DNA of 64,000 bases from Balanoglossus misakiensis. Lineage: Eukaryota > Animalia > Hemichordata. The first letter of the stretch is position 1. Every line of letters starts with the position of its first letter. The DNA is taken from contig CM082586.2 of the NCBI GenBank assembly GCA_040954595.2, forward strand, positions 11,873,337 through 11,937,336, in the 5' to 3' direction. The notes below the pieces were generated by a model. That model ran no database searches and was not told the origin of the DNA. It saw nothing but the letters and a program-made list of their open reading frames with translations. Both the position numbers and the translations under genes were made by a program. This document shows, piece by piece, positions 25,001 to 40,000 of this stretch.

Positions 25001-28000
25001 ATTTCATTTATGATGTAAGAAATTAAATTATTTGCAATATATAACTATCCCTTACAACATTCCAACATAACTCTTTCCATATTAGTTTTCAATCTGTAAC
25101 TGTTCCACTTAAATCTTGTAGAGAATTCGTTATTCCAAAACAAAGCCTTGAAACTATAACATAAGTCTTTTTAGTAAAACATATCCAGTTATGTGACCAT
25201 TCTTTGAATTCATTTTATGATGTAAGAATTTAAATTATTTGCAATATTAATCTATCCCTTACAACATTCCAGCATAACTCTTTCCATATTTGTTTTCATT
25301 CTGTGACTGTTCCACTTAAATCTTGTAGAGAATTCGTTATTCCAAAACAAAGCCTTGAAACTATACATATCCTGTTACGTGACGATTCTTTGAATTCCAT
25401 TTATGATGGAAGAAATTAAATTATTTGCAATATTAATCTATTCCTTACAACATTCTGGCATAACTCTTTCCATATTTGTTTTCATTCTGTGACTGTTCCA
25501 CTTAAATCTTGTAGAGAATTTGTTATTCCAAAACAAAGCCTTGAAACTATAACATAAGTCTTTTTAGTAAAACATATCCTGTTATGTGACCATTCTGTGA
25601 ATTCCATTTATGATGTAAGAAATTAAATTATTTGCAATATTAATCTATCCCTTACAACATTCCGGCATAACTCTTTCTATATTTGTTTTCATTCTGTGAC
25701 TGTTCCACTTCAATCTTGTAGAGAATTCGTTATTCCAAAACAAAGCCTTGAAAACAAAGCCTTCAAACTATACATATTAAGTCTTTTTAGTAAAACATGG
25801 CCTGTTATTTGACCATTCTTTGAATTTCATTTATGATGTAAGAAATTAAATTATTTGCAATATTAAACTATCCCTTACAACATTCCAACATAACTATTTG
25901 AATATTTGTTTTCATTCTGTAACTGTTCCACTTAAATCTTGTAGAGAATTCGTTATTCCAAAACAAAGCCTTGAAACTATAACATAAGTCTTTTTAGTAA
26001 AACATATCCTGTTATGTGACCATTCTTTGAATTCATTTTATGATGTAAGAAATTAAATTATTTGCAATATTAATCTATCCCTTACAACATTCCAGCATAT
26101 CTCTTTCCATATTTGTTTTCATTCTGTGACTGTTCCACTTAAATCTTGTAGAGAATTCGTTATTCCAAAACAAAGCCTTGAAACTATACATAAGTCTTTT
26201 TGTAAAACATGGCCCGTTATGTGACCATTCTTTGAATTCCATTTATGATGTAAGAAATTAAATTATTTGCAATATTAATCTATCCCTTACAACATTCCGG
26301 CATAACGCTTTCCATATTTGTTTTCATTCTGTGACTGTTCAACTTAAATCTTGTAGAGAATTCATTATTCCAAAACAAAGCCTTCAAACTATACATATTA
26401 AGTCTTTTTAGTAAAACATTGCCCGTTATTTGACCATTCTTTGAATTTCATTTATGATGTAAGAAATTAAATTATTTGCAATATATAACTATCCCTTACA
26501 ACATTCCAACATAACTCTTTCCATATTAGTTTTCAATCTGTAACTGTTTCACTTAAATCTTGTAGAGAATTCGTTATTCCAAAACAAAGCCTTGAAACTA
26601 TACATATTAAGTCTTTTTAGTAAAACATGGCCCGTTATTTGACCATTCTTTGAATTTCATTTATGATGTAAGAAATTAAATTATTTGCAATATATAACTA
26701 TCCCTTACAACATTCCAACATAACTCTCTCCATATTAGTTTTCATTCTGTAACTGTTCCACTTAAATCTTGTAGAGAATTCGTTATTCCAAAACAAAGCC
26801 TTGAAACTATAACATAAGTCTTTTTAGTAAAACATATCCAGTTATGTGACCATTCTTTGAATTCATTTTATGATGTAAGAATTTAAATTATTTGCAATAT
26901 TAATCTATCCCTTACAACATTCCAGCATAACTCTTTCCATATTTGTTTTCATTCTGTGACTGTTCCACTTAAATCTTGTAGAGAATTCGTTATTCCAAAA
27001 CAAAGCCTTGAAACTATACATATCCTGTTACGTGACGATTCTTTGAATTCCATTTATGATGGAAGAAATTAAATCATTTGCAATATTAATCTATTCCTTA
27101 CAACATTCTGGCATAACTCTTTCCATATTTGTTTTCATTCTGGGACTGTTCCACTTAAATCTTGTAGAGAATTTGTTATTCCAAAACAAAGCCTTGAAAC
27201 TATAACATAAGTCTTTTTAGTAAAACATATCCTGTTATGTGACCATTCTGTGAATTCCATTTATGATGTAAGAAATTAAATTATTTGCAATATTAATCTA
27301 TCCCTTACAACATTCCGGCATAACTCTTTCTATATTTGTTTTCATTCTGTGACTGTTCCACTTCAATCTTGTAGAGAATTCGTTATTCCAAAACAAAGCC
27401 TTGAAAACAAGCCTTCAAACTATACATATTAAGTCTTTTTAGTAAAACATGGCCTGTTATTTGACCATTCTTTGAATTTCATTTATGATGTAAGAAATTA
27501 AATTATTTGCAATATTAAACTATCCCTTACAACATTCCAACATAACTATTTGAATATTTGTTTTCATTCTGTAACTGTTCCACTTAAATCTTGTAGAGAA
27601 TTCGTTATTCCAAAACAAAGCCTTGAAACTATACATAAGTCTTTTTAGTAAAACATATCCTGTTATGTGACCATTCTTTGAATTCATTTTATGATGTAAG
27701 AAATTAAATTATTTGCAATATTAATCTATCCCTGACAACATTCCGGCATAACGCTTTCCATATTTGTTTTCATTCTGTGACTGTTCCACTTAAATCTTGT
27801 AGAGAATTCGTTATTCCAAAACAAAGCCTTCAAACTATACATATTAAGTCTTTTTAGTAAAACATGGCCCGTTATTTGACCATTCTTTGAATTTCATTTA
27901 TGATGTAAGAAATTAAATTATTTGGAATATTAAACTATCCTTTACAACATTCCAACATAACTATTTGAATATTTGTTTTCATTCTGTGACTGTTCCACTT

Positions 28001-31000
28001 AAATCCTGTAGAGAATTCGTTATTCCAAAACAAAGCCTTGTAACTATACAAAAGTCTTTTTGTAAAACATGGCCCGTTATGTGACCATTCTTTGAATTCC
28101 ATTTATGATGTAAGAAATTAAATTATTTGCAATATTAATCTATCCCTTACAACAGTCTGGCATAACGCTTTCCATATTTGTTTTCATTCTGTGACTGTTC
28201 CACTTAAATCTTGTAGAGAATTCGTTATTCCAAAACAAAGCCTTCAAAACAAAGCCTTCAAACTATACATATTAAGTCCTTTTAGTAAAACATGGCCTGT
28301 TATTTGACCATTCTTTGAATTTCATTTATGATGTAAGAAATTAAATTATTTGCAATATTAAACTATCCCTTACAACATTCCAACATAACTATTTGAATAT
28401 TTGTTTTTATTCTGTAACTGTTCCACTTAAATCTTGTAGAGAATTCGTTATTCCAAAACAAAGCCTTGAAACTATACATAAGTCTTTTTAGTAAAACATA
28501 TCCTGTTATGTGACCATTCTTTGAATTCATTTTATGATGTAAGGAATTAAATTATTTGCAATATTAATCTGTCCCTTACAACATTCCAGCATAACTCTTT
28601 CCATATTTGTTTTCATTCTGTGACTGTTCCACTTAAATCCTGTAGAGAATTCGTTATTCCAAAACAAAGCCTTGAAACTATACAAAAGTCTTTTTGTAAA
28701 ACATGGCCCGTTATGTGACCATTCTTTGAATTCCATTTATGATGTAAAAAATTAAATTATTTGCAATATTAATCTATCCCTTACAACAGTCTGGCATAAC
28801 GCTTTCCATATTTGTTTTCATTCTGTGACTGTTCCACTTAAATCTTGTAGAGAATTCGTTATTCCAAAACAAAGCCTTCAAAACAAAGCCTTCAAACTAT
28901 ACATATTAAGTCTTTTTAGTAAAACATGGCCTGTTATTTGACCATTCTTTGAATTTCATTTATGATGTAAGAAATTAAATTATTTGCAATATTAAACTAT
29001 CCCTTACAACATTCCAACATAACTATTTGAATATTTGTTTTCATTCTGTAACTGTTCAACTTAAATCTTGGAGATAATTCGTTATTCCAAAGCAAAGCCT
29101 TGAAACTATACATAAGTCTTTTTAGTAAAACATGGCCCGTTATGTGACCATTCTTTGAATTCCATTTAGGATGTAAGAAATTAAATTATTTGCAATATTA
29201 ATCCATCCCTTACAACATTCTGGCATAACTCTTTCTATATTTGTTTTCATTCTGTGACTGTTCCACTTAAATCCTGTAGAGAATTCGTTATTCCAAAACA
29301 AAGCCTTGAAACTATACATATCCTGTTACGTGACGATTCTTTGAATTCCATTTATGATGTAAGAAATTAAATTATTTGCAATATTAATCTATTCCTTACA
29401 ACATTCTGGCATAACTCTTTCCATATTTGTTTTCATTCTGTGACTGTTCCACTTAAATCTTGTAGAGAATTCGTTATTCCAAAACAAAGCCTTGAAACTA
29501 TAACATAAGTCTTTTTAGTAAAACATATCCTGTTATGTGACCATTCCTTGAATTCCATTTATGATGTAAGAAATTAAATTATTTGCAATATTAATCTATC
29601 CCTGACAACATTCCGGCATAACGCTTTCCATATTTGTTTTCATTCTGTGACTGTTCCACTTAAATCTTGTAGAGAATTCGTTATTCCAAAACAAAGCCTT
29701 CAAACTATACATATTAAGTCTTTTTAGTAAAACATGGCCCGTTATTTGACCATTCTTTGAATTTCATTTATGATGTAAGAAATTAAATTATTTGGAATAT
29801 TAAACTATCCTTTACAACATTCCAACATAACTATTTGAATATTTGTTTTCATTCTGTGACTGTTCCACTTAAATCTTGTAGAGAATTCGTTATTCCAAAA
29901 CAAAGCCTTCAAACTATACATATTAAGTCTTTTTAGTAAAACATGGCCCGTTATTTGACCATTCTTTGAATTTCATTTATGATGTAAGACATTAAATTAT
30001 TTGCAATATTAAACTATCCCTTAAAACATTCCAACATAACTATTTGAATATTTGTTTTCATTCTGTAACTGTTCAACTTAAATCTTGTAGAGAATTAGTT
30101 ATTCCAAAACAAAGCCTTGAAACTATACATAAGTCTTTTTTGTAAAACATGGCCCGTTATGTGACCATTCTTTGAATTCCATTTATGATGTAAGAAATTA
30201 AATTATTTGCAATATTAATCTATCCCTTACAACATTCCGACATAACTCTTTCCATATTTGTTTTCATTCTGTGACGGTTCCACTTAAATCTTGTAGAGAA
30301 TTCGTTATTCCAAAACAAAGCCTTGAAACTATACATATCCTGTTACATGACGGTTCTTTGAATTCCATTTATGATGTAAGAAATTAAATTATTTGCAATA
30401 TTAATCTATTCCTTACAACATTCCGGCATAACTCTTTCCATATTTGTTTTCATTCTGTGACTGTTCCACTTAAATCTTGTAGAGAATTCGTTATTCCAAA
30501 ACAAAGCCTTGAATCTATAACATAAGTCTTTTTAGTAAAAAATATCCTGTTATGTGACCATTCTTTGAATTCATTTTATGATGTAAGAAATTAAATTATT
30601 TGCAATATTAATCTATCCCTTATAACATTCCAGCATAACTCTTTCCATATTTGTTTTCATTCTGTGACTGTTCCACTTAAATCTTGTAGAGAATTCGTTA
30701 TTCCAAAACAAAGCCTTGTAACTATACATAAGTCTTTTTAGTAAAACATATCCTGTTATGTGACCATTCTTTGAATTCATTTTATGATGTAAGAAATTAA
30801 ATTATTTGCAATATTAATCTATCCCTTACAACATTCCAGCATAACTCTTTCCATATTTGTTTTCATTCTGTCACTGTTCCACTTAAATCCTGTAGAGAAT
30901 TTGTTATTCCAAAACAAAGCCTTGAAACGATACATATCCTGTTACGTGACGTTTCTTTGAATTCATTTTATGATGTAAGAAATTAAATTATTTGCAATAT

Positions 31001-34000
31001 TAATCTATTCCTTACAACATTCCGGCATAACTCTTTCCATATTTGTTTTCATTCTGTGACTGTTCCACTTAAATCTTGTAGAGAATTCGTTATTCCAAAA
31101 CAAAGCCTTGAATCTATAACATAAGTCTTTTTAGTAAAAAATATCCTGTTATGTAACCATTCTTTGAATTCATTTTATGATGTAAGAAATTAAATTATTT
31201 GCAATATTAATCTATCCCTTATAACATTCCAGCATAACTCTTTCCATATTTGTTTTCATTCTGTGACTGTTCCACTTAAATCTTGTAGAGAATTCGTTAT
31301 TCCAAAACAAAGCCTTGTAACTATACATAAGTCTTTTTAGTAAAACATATCCTGTTATGTGACCATTCTTTGAATTCATTTTATGATGTAAGAAATTAAA
31401 TTATTTGCAATATTAATCTATCCCTTACAACATTCCAGCATAACTCTTTCCATATTTGTTTTCAATCTGTGACTGTTCCACTTAAATCCTGTAGAGAATT
31501 CGTTATTCCAAAACAAAGCCTTGAAACTATACATATTAAGTCTTTTTGTAAAACATGGCCGGTTATGTGACCATTCTTTGAATTCCATTTATGATGTACG
31601 AAATTAAATTATTTGCAATATTAAACTATCCCTTACAACATTCCAACATAACTATTTGAATATTTGTTTTCATTCTGTAACTGTTCAACTTAAATCTTGG
31701 AGAGAATTCGTTATTCCAAAACAAAGCCTTGAAACTATACATAAGTCTTTTTACTAAAACATGGCCCGTTATGTGACCATTCTTTGAATTCCATTTATGA
31801 TATAAGAAATTAAATTATTTGCAATATTAATCTATCCCTTACAACATTCAGGCATAACTCTTTCTATATTTGTTTTCATTCTGTGACTGTTCCACTTAAA
31901 TCTTGTAGACAATTCGTTACTCCAAAACAAAGGCTTGAAACTATACATATCCTGTTACGTGACCTGTCTTTGAATTCCATTTATGATGTAAGAAATTAAA
32001 TTTTTTGCAATATTAATCTATCCCTTACAACATTCCAGCATAACTCTTTCCATATTTGTTTTCATTCTGTGACTGTTCCACTTAAATCTTGTAGAGAATT
32101 CGTTATTCCAAAACAAAGCCTTGAATCTATAACATAAGTCTTTTTAGTAAAACATATCCTGTTATGTGACCATTCTTTGAATTCATTTTATGATGTAAGA
32201 AATTAAATTATTTGCAATATTAATCTATCCCTTATAACATTCCAGCATAACTCTTTCCATATTTGTTTTCATTCTGTGACTGTTCCACTTAAATCTTGTA
32301 GAGAATTCATTATTCCAAAACAAAGCCTTGAAACGATACATATCCTGTTACGTGACGTTTCTTTGAATTCCATTTATGATGTAAGAAATTAAATTTTTTG
32401 CAATATTAATCTATCCCTTACAACATTCCAGCATAACTCTTTCCATATTTGTTTTCATTCTGTGACTGTTCCACTTAAATCTTGTAGAGAATTCGTTATT
32501 CCAAAACAAAGCCTTGAATCTATAACATAAGTCTTTTTAGTAAAACATATCCTGTTATGTGACCATTCTTTGAATTCATTTTATGATGTAAGAAATTAAA
32601 TTATTTGCAATATTAATCTATCCCTTATAACATTCCAGCATAACTCTTTCCATATTTGTTTTCATTCTGTGACTGTTCCACTTAAATCTTGTAGAGAATT
32701 CGTTATTCCAAAACAAAGCCTTGAAACGATACATATCCTGTTACGTGACGTTTCTTTGAATTCCATTTATGATGTAAGAAATTAAATTTTTTGCAATATT
32801 AATCTATCCCTTACAACATTCCGGCATAACTCTTTCCATATTTGTTTTCATTCTGTGAATGTTCCACTTAAATCTTGTAGAGAATTCGTTATTCCAAAAC
32901 AAAGCCTTGAAACGATACATATCCTGTTACGTGACGTTTCTTTGAATTCCATTTATGATGTAAGAAATTAAATTATTTGCAATATTAATCTATTCCTTAC
33001 AACATTCCGGCATAACTCTTTCCATATTTGTTTTCATTCTGTGACTGTTCCACTTAAATCTTGTAGAGAATTCGTTATTCCAAACAAAGCCTTGAAACTA
33101 TACATAAGTCTTTTTAGTAAAACATGGCCCGTTATGTGAGCATTCTTTGAATTCCATTTATGATGTAAGAAATTCAATTATTTGCAATATTAATCTATCC
33201 CTTACAACATTTCAGCATAACTCTTTCCATATTTGTTTTCATTCTGTGACTGTTCCACTTAAATCTTGTAGAGAATTCGTTACTCCAAAACAAAGGCTTA
33301 AAACTATACATATCCTGTTATGTGACCATTCTTTGAATTCATTTTATGATGTAAGAAATTAAATTATTTGCAATATTAATCTATCCCTTACAACATTCCA
33401 GCATAACTCTTTCCATATTTGTTTTCATTTTGTGACTATTCAACTTAAATCTTGTAGAGAATTCGTTATTCCAAAACAAAACCTTGAAACTATACATAAG
33501 TCTTTTTAGTAAAACATGGCCCGTTATGTGACCATTCTTTGAATTTCATTTATGATGTAAGAAATTAAATTATTTGCAATATTAAACTATCCCTTACAAC
33601 ATTCCAGCATAACTATTTGAATATTTGTTTTCATTCTGTGACTGTTCCACTTAAATCTTGTAGAGAATTCGTTATTCCAAAACAAAGCCTTGAAACGATA
33701 CATATCCTGTTACGTGACGTTTCTTTGAATTCCATTTATGATGTAAGAAATTAAATTTTTTCAATATTAATCTATCCCTTACAACATTCCGGCATAACTC
33801 TTTCCATATTTGTTTTCATTCTGTGACTGTTCCACTTAAATCTTGTAGAGAATTCGTTATTCCAAAACAAAGCCTTGAATCTATAACATAAGTCTTTTTA
33901 GTAAAACATATCCTGTTATGTGACCATTCTTTGAATTCATTTTATGATGTAAGAAAATAAATTATTTGCAATATTAATCTATCCCTTATAACATTCCAGC

Positions 34001-37000
34001 ATAACTCTTTCCATATTTGTTTTCATTCTGTGACTGTTCCACTTAAATCTTGTAGAGAATTCGTTATTCCAAAACAAAGCCTTGAAACGATACATATCCT
34101 GTTACGTGACGTTTCTTTGAATTCCATTTATGATGTAAGAAATTAAATTATTTGCAATATTAATCTATTCCTTACAACATTCCGGCATAACTCTTTCCAT
34201 ATTTGTTTTCATTCTGTGACTGTTCCACTTAAATCTTGTAGAGAATTCGTTATTCCAAACAAAGCCTTGAAACTATACATAAGTCTTTTTAGTAAAACAT
34301 GGCCCGTTATGTAAGCATTCTTTGAATTCCATTTATGATGTAAGAAATTCAATTATTTGCAATATTAATCTATCCCTTACAACATTTCAGCATAACTCTT
34401 TCCATATTTGTTTTCATTCTGTGACTGTTCCACTTAAATCTTGTAGAGAATTCGTTACTCCAAAACAAAGGCTTGAAACTATACATATCCTGTTATGTGA
34501 CCATTCTTTGAATTCATTTTATGATGTAAGAAATTAAATTATTTGCAATATTAATCTATCCCTTACAACATTCCAGCATAACTCTTTCCATATTTGTTTT
34601 CATTCTGTGACTATTCCACTTAAATCTTGTAGAGAATTCGTTATTCCAAAACAAAACCTTGAAACTATACATAAGTCTTTTTAGTAAAACATGGCCCGTT
34701 ATGTGACCATTCTTTGAATTTCATTTATGATGTAAGAAATTAAATTATTTGCAATATTAAACTATCCCTTACAACATTCCAGCATACCTATTTGAATATT
34801 TGTTTTCATTCTGTAACTGTTCAACTTAAATCTTGGAGAGAATTCGTTATTCCAAACAAAGCCTTGAAACTATACATAAGTCTTTTTAGTAAAACATGGC
34901 CCGTTATGTGACCATTCTTTGAATTCAATTTATGATGTAAGAAATTCAATTTTATGCAATATTAATCTATCCCTTACAACATTTCAGCATAACTCTTTCC
35001 ATATTTGTTTTCATTCTGTGACTGTTCCACTTAAATCTTGTAGACAATTCGTTACTCCAAAACAAAGCCTTGAAACGATACATATCCTGTTACGTGACGT
35101 TTCTTTGAATTCCATTTATGATGTAAGAAATTAAATTATTTGCAATATTAATCTATTCCTTACAACATTCCGGCATAACTCTTTCCATATTTGTTTTCAT
35201 TCTGTGACGGTTCCACTTAAATCTTGTAGAGAATTCGTTATTCCAAACAAAGCCTTGAAACTATACATAAGTCTTTTTAGTAAAACATGGCCCGTTATGT
35301 GAGCATTCTTTGAATTCCATTTATGATGTAAGAAATTCAATTATTTGCAATATTAATCTATCCCTTACAACATTTCAGCATAACTCTTTCCATATTTGTT
35401 TTCATTCTGTGACTGTTCCACTTAAATCTTGTAGAGAATTCGTTACTCCAAAACAAAGGCTTGAAACTATACATATCCTGTTATGTGACCATTCTTTGAA
35501 TTCATTTTATGATGTAAGAAATTAAATTATTTGCAATATTAATCTATCCCTTACAACATTCCAGCATAACTCTTTCCATATTTGTTTTCATTCTGTGACT
35601 ATTCCACTTAAATCTTGTAGAGAATTCGTTATTCCAAAACAAAACCTTGAAACTATACATAAGTCTTTTTAGTAAAACATGGCCCGTTATGTGACCATTC
35701 TTTGAATTTCATTTATGATGTAAGAAATTAAATTATTTGCAATATTAAACTATCCCTTACAACATTCCAGCATACCTATTTGAATATTTGTTTTCATTCT
35801 GTAACTGTTCAACTTAAATCTTGGAGAGAATTCGTTATTCCAAACAAAGCCTTGAAACTATACATAAGTCTTTTTAGTAAAACATGGCCCGTTATGTGAC
35901 CATTCTTTGAATTCCATTTATGATGTAAGAAATTAAATTTTATGCAATATTAATCTATCCCTTACAACATTTCAGCATAACTCTTTCCATATTTGTTTTC
36001 ATTCTGTGACTGTTCCACTTAAATCTTGTAGACAATTCGTTACTCCAAAACAAAGGCTTGAAATTATACATATCCTGTTACGTGACCTTTCTTTGAATTC
36101 CATTTATGATGTAAGAAATTAAATTATTTGCAATATTAACCTATTCCTTACAACATTCCGGCATAACTCTTTCCATATTTGTTTTCATTCTGTGACTGTT
36201 CCACTTAAATCTTGTAGAGAATTCGTTATTCCAAAACAAAGCCTTGAAACTATAACATAAGTCTTTTTCGTAAAACATATCCTGTTATGTGACCATTCTT
36301 TGAATTCATTTTATGATGTAAGAAATTAAATTATTTGCAATATTAATCTATCCCTTACAACATTCCAGCATAACTCTTTCCATATTTGTTTTCATTCTGT
36401 GACTATTCCACTTAAATCTTGTAGAGAATTCGTTATTCCAAAACAAAGCCTTGAAACTATACATAAGTCTTTTTGTAAAACATGGCCCGTTATGTGACCA
36501 TTCTTTGGTTTCCATTTATGATGTAAGAAATTAAATTATTTGCAATAATTATCTATCCCTTACAACATTCCGGCATAACGCTTTCCATATTTGTTTTCAT
36601 TCTGTGCCTGTTCCACTTAAATCTTGTAGAGAATTCGTTATTCCAAAACAAAGCCTTCAAACTATACATATTAAGTCTTTTTAGTAAAACATGGCCCGTT
36701 ATTTGACCATTCTTTGAATTTCATTTATGATGTAAGAAATTAAATTATTTGCAATATTAAACTATCCCTTACAACATTTCAGCATAACTATTTGAATATT
36801 TGTTTTCATTCTGTAACTGTTCAACTTAAATCTTGGAGAGAATTCGTTATTCCAAAACAAAGCCTTGAAACTATACATAAGTCTTTTTAGTAAAACATGG
36901 CCCGTTATGTGACCATTCTTTGAATTCCATTTATGATGTAAGAAATTAAATTATTTGCAATATTAATCTATCCCTTACAACAATCCGACATATCTCTTTC

Positions 37001-40000
37001 CATATTTGTTTTCATTCTGTGACTGTTCCACTTAAATCTTGTAGAGAATTTGGTATTTCAACACAAATTCTTGAACTTATACATAAGTCTTTTTAGTAAA
37101 ACATATCCAGTTATGTGACCATTCTTTGAATTCCATTTATGATGTAAGAAATTAAATTTTATGCAATATTAATCTATCCCTTACAACATTTCAGCATAAC
37201 TCTTTCCATATTTGTTTTCATTCTGTGACTGTTCCACTTAAATCTTGTAGAGAATTCGTTACTCCAAAACAAAGGCTTGAAACTATACATATCCTGTTAC
37301 GTGACCTTTCTTTGAATTCCATTTATGATGTAAGAAATTAAATTATTTGCAATATTAATCTATTCCTTACAACATTCCGGCATAACTCTTTCCATATTTG
37401 TTTTCATTCTGTGAATCTTCCACTTAAATCTTGTAGAGAATTCGTTATTCCAAAACAAAGCCTTGAAACTATAACATAAGTCTTTTTCGTAAAACATATC
37501 CTGTTATGTGACCATTCTTTGAATATTCATTTTTTGATGTAAGAAATTAAATTATTTGCAATATTAATCTATCCCTTACAACATTCCAGCATAACTCTTT
37601 CCATATTTGTTTTCATTCTGTGACTGTTCCACTTAAATCTTGTAGAGAATTTGTTATTCCAAAACAAAGCCTTGAAACTATACATAAGTCTTTTTGTAAA
37701 ACATGGCCCGTTATGTGACCATTCTTTGGTTTCCATTTATGATGTAAGAAATTAAATTATTTGCAATAATTATCTATTCCTTACAACATTCCGGCATAAT
37801 GCTTTCCATATTTGTTTTCATTCTGTGCCTGTTCCACTTAAATCTTGTAGAGAATTCGTTATTCCAAAACAAAGCCTTCAAACTATACATATTAAGTCTT
37901 TTTAGTAAAACATGGCCCGTTATTTGACCATTCTTTGAATTTCATTTATGATGTAAGAAATTAAATTATTTGCAATATTAAACTATCCCTTACAACATTC
38001 CAGCATAACTATTTGAATATTTGTTTTCATTCTGTAACTGTTCAACTTAAATCTTGGAGAGAATTCGTTATTCCAAACAAAGCCTTGAAACTATACATAA
38101 GTCTTTTTAGTAAAACATGGCCCGTTATGTGACCATTCTTTGAATTTCATTTATGCTGTAAGAAATTAAATTATTTGCAATATTAATCTATCCCTTACAA
38201 CATTCCGACATAACTCTTTCCATATTTGTTTTCATTCTGTGACTGTTCCACTTAAATCTTGTAGAGAATTCGTTATTCCAAAACAAAGGCTTGAAACTAT
38301 ACATATTCTGTTACGTGACCTTTCTTTGAATTCCAATTATGGTGTAAGAAATTAAATTTTTTGCAATATTAATCTATCCCTTACAACATTCCAGCATAAC
38401 TCTTTTTAATTTGTTTTCATTCTGTGACTGTTCTACTTAAATCTTGTAGAGTATTCGTTATTCCAAAACAAAGCCTTGAAACTATACATATCCTATTACG
38501 TGACATTTGTTTGAATTCCATTTATGATGTAAGAAATTAAATTATTTGCAATATTAATCTATTCCTTACAACATTCCGACATAACTCTTTCCATATTTGT
38601 TTTCATTGTGTGACTGTTCCACTTAAATCTTGTAGAGAATTCGTTATTCCAAAACAAAGCCTTGAAACTATAACATAAGTCTTTTTAGTAAAACATATCC
38701 TGTTATGTGACCATTCTTTGAATTCATTTTATGATGTAAGAAATTAAATTATTTGCAATATTAATCTATCCCTTACAACATTCCAGCATAACTCTTTCCA
38801 TATTTGTTTTCATTCTGTAACTGTTCAACTTAAATCTTGGAGAGAATTCGTTATTCCAAAACAAAGCCTTGAAACTATACATAAGTCTTTTTAGTAAAAC
38901 ATGGCCCGTTATGTGACCATTCTTTGAATTCCATTTATGATGTAAGAAATTAAATTATTTGCAATATTAATCTATCCCTTACAACATTCCGACATAACTC
39001 TTTCCATATTTGTTTTCATTCTGTGACTGTTCCACTTAAATCTTGTAGAGAATTCGTTATTCCAAAACAAAGGCTTGAAACTATACATATCCTGTTACGT
39101 GACCTTTCTTTGAATTCCATTTATGGTGTAAGAAATTAAATTTTTTGCAATATTAATCTATCCCTTACAACATTCCAGCATAACTCTTTCCATACTTGTT
39201 TTCATTCTGTGACTGTTGTACTTAAATCTTGTAGAGTATTCGTTATTCCAAAACAAAGCCTTGAAACTATACATATCCTGTTACGTGACGTTTGTTTGAA
39301 TTCCAATTATGATGTAAGAAATTAAATTATTTGCAATATTAATCTATTCCTTACAACATTCCGGCATAACTCTTTCCATATTTGTTTTCATTCTGTGACT
39401 GTTCCACTTAAATCTTGTAGAGAATTCGTTATTCCAAAACAAAGCCTTGAAACTATAATATAAGTCTTTTTAGTAAAACATATCCTGTTATGTGACCATT
39501 CTTTGAATTCCATTTATGATGTAAGAAATTAAATTATTTGCAATATTAATCTATCCCTTACAACATTCCAGCATAACTCTTTCCATATTTGTTTTCATTC
39601 TGTAACTGTTCAACTTAAATCTTGGAGAGAATTCGTTATTCCAAAACAAAGCCTTGAAACTATACATAAGTCTTTTTAGTAAAACATGGCCCGTTATGTG
39701 ACCATTCTTTGAATTCCATTTATGATGTAAGAAATTAAATTATTTGCAATATTAATCTATCCCTTACAACATTCCGACATAACTCTTTCCATATTTGTTT
39801 TCATTCTGTGACTGTTCCACTTAAATCTTGTAGAGAATTCGTTATTCCAAAACAAAGCCTTGAAACTATACATAAGTCTTTATAGTAAAACATGGCCCGT
39901 TATGTGACCATTCTTTGAATTCCATTTATGATGTAAGAAATTAAATTATTTGCAATATTAATCCATCCCTTACAACATTTCAGCATAACTCTTTCTATAT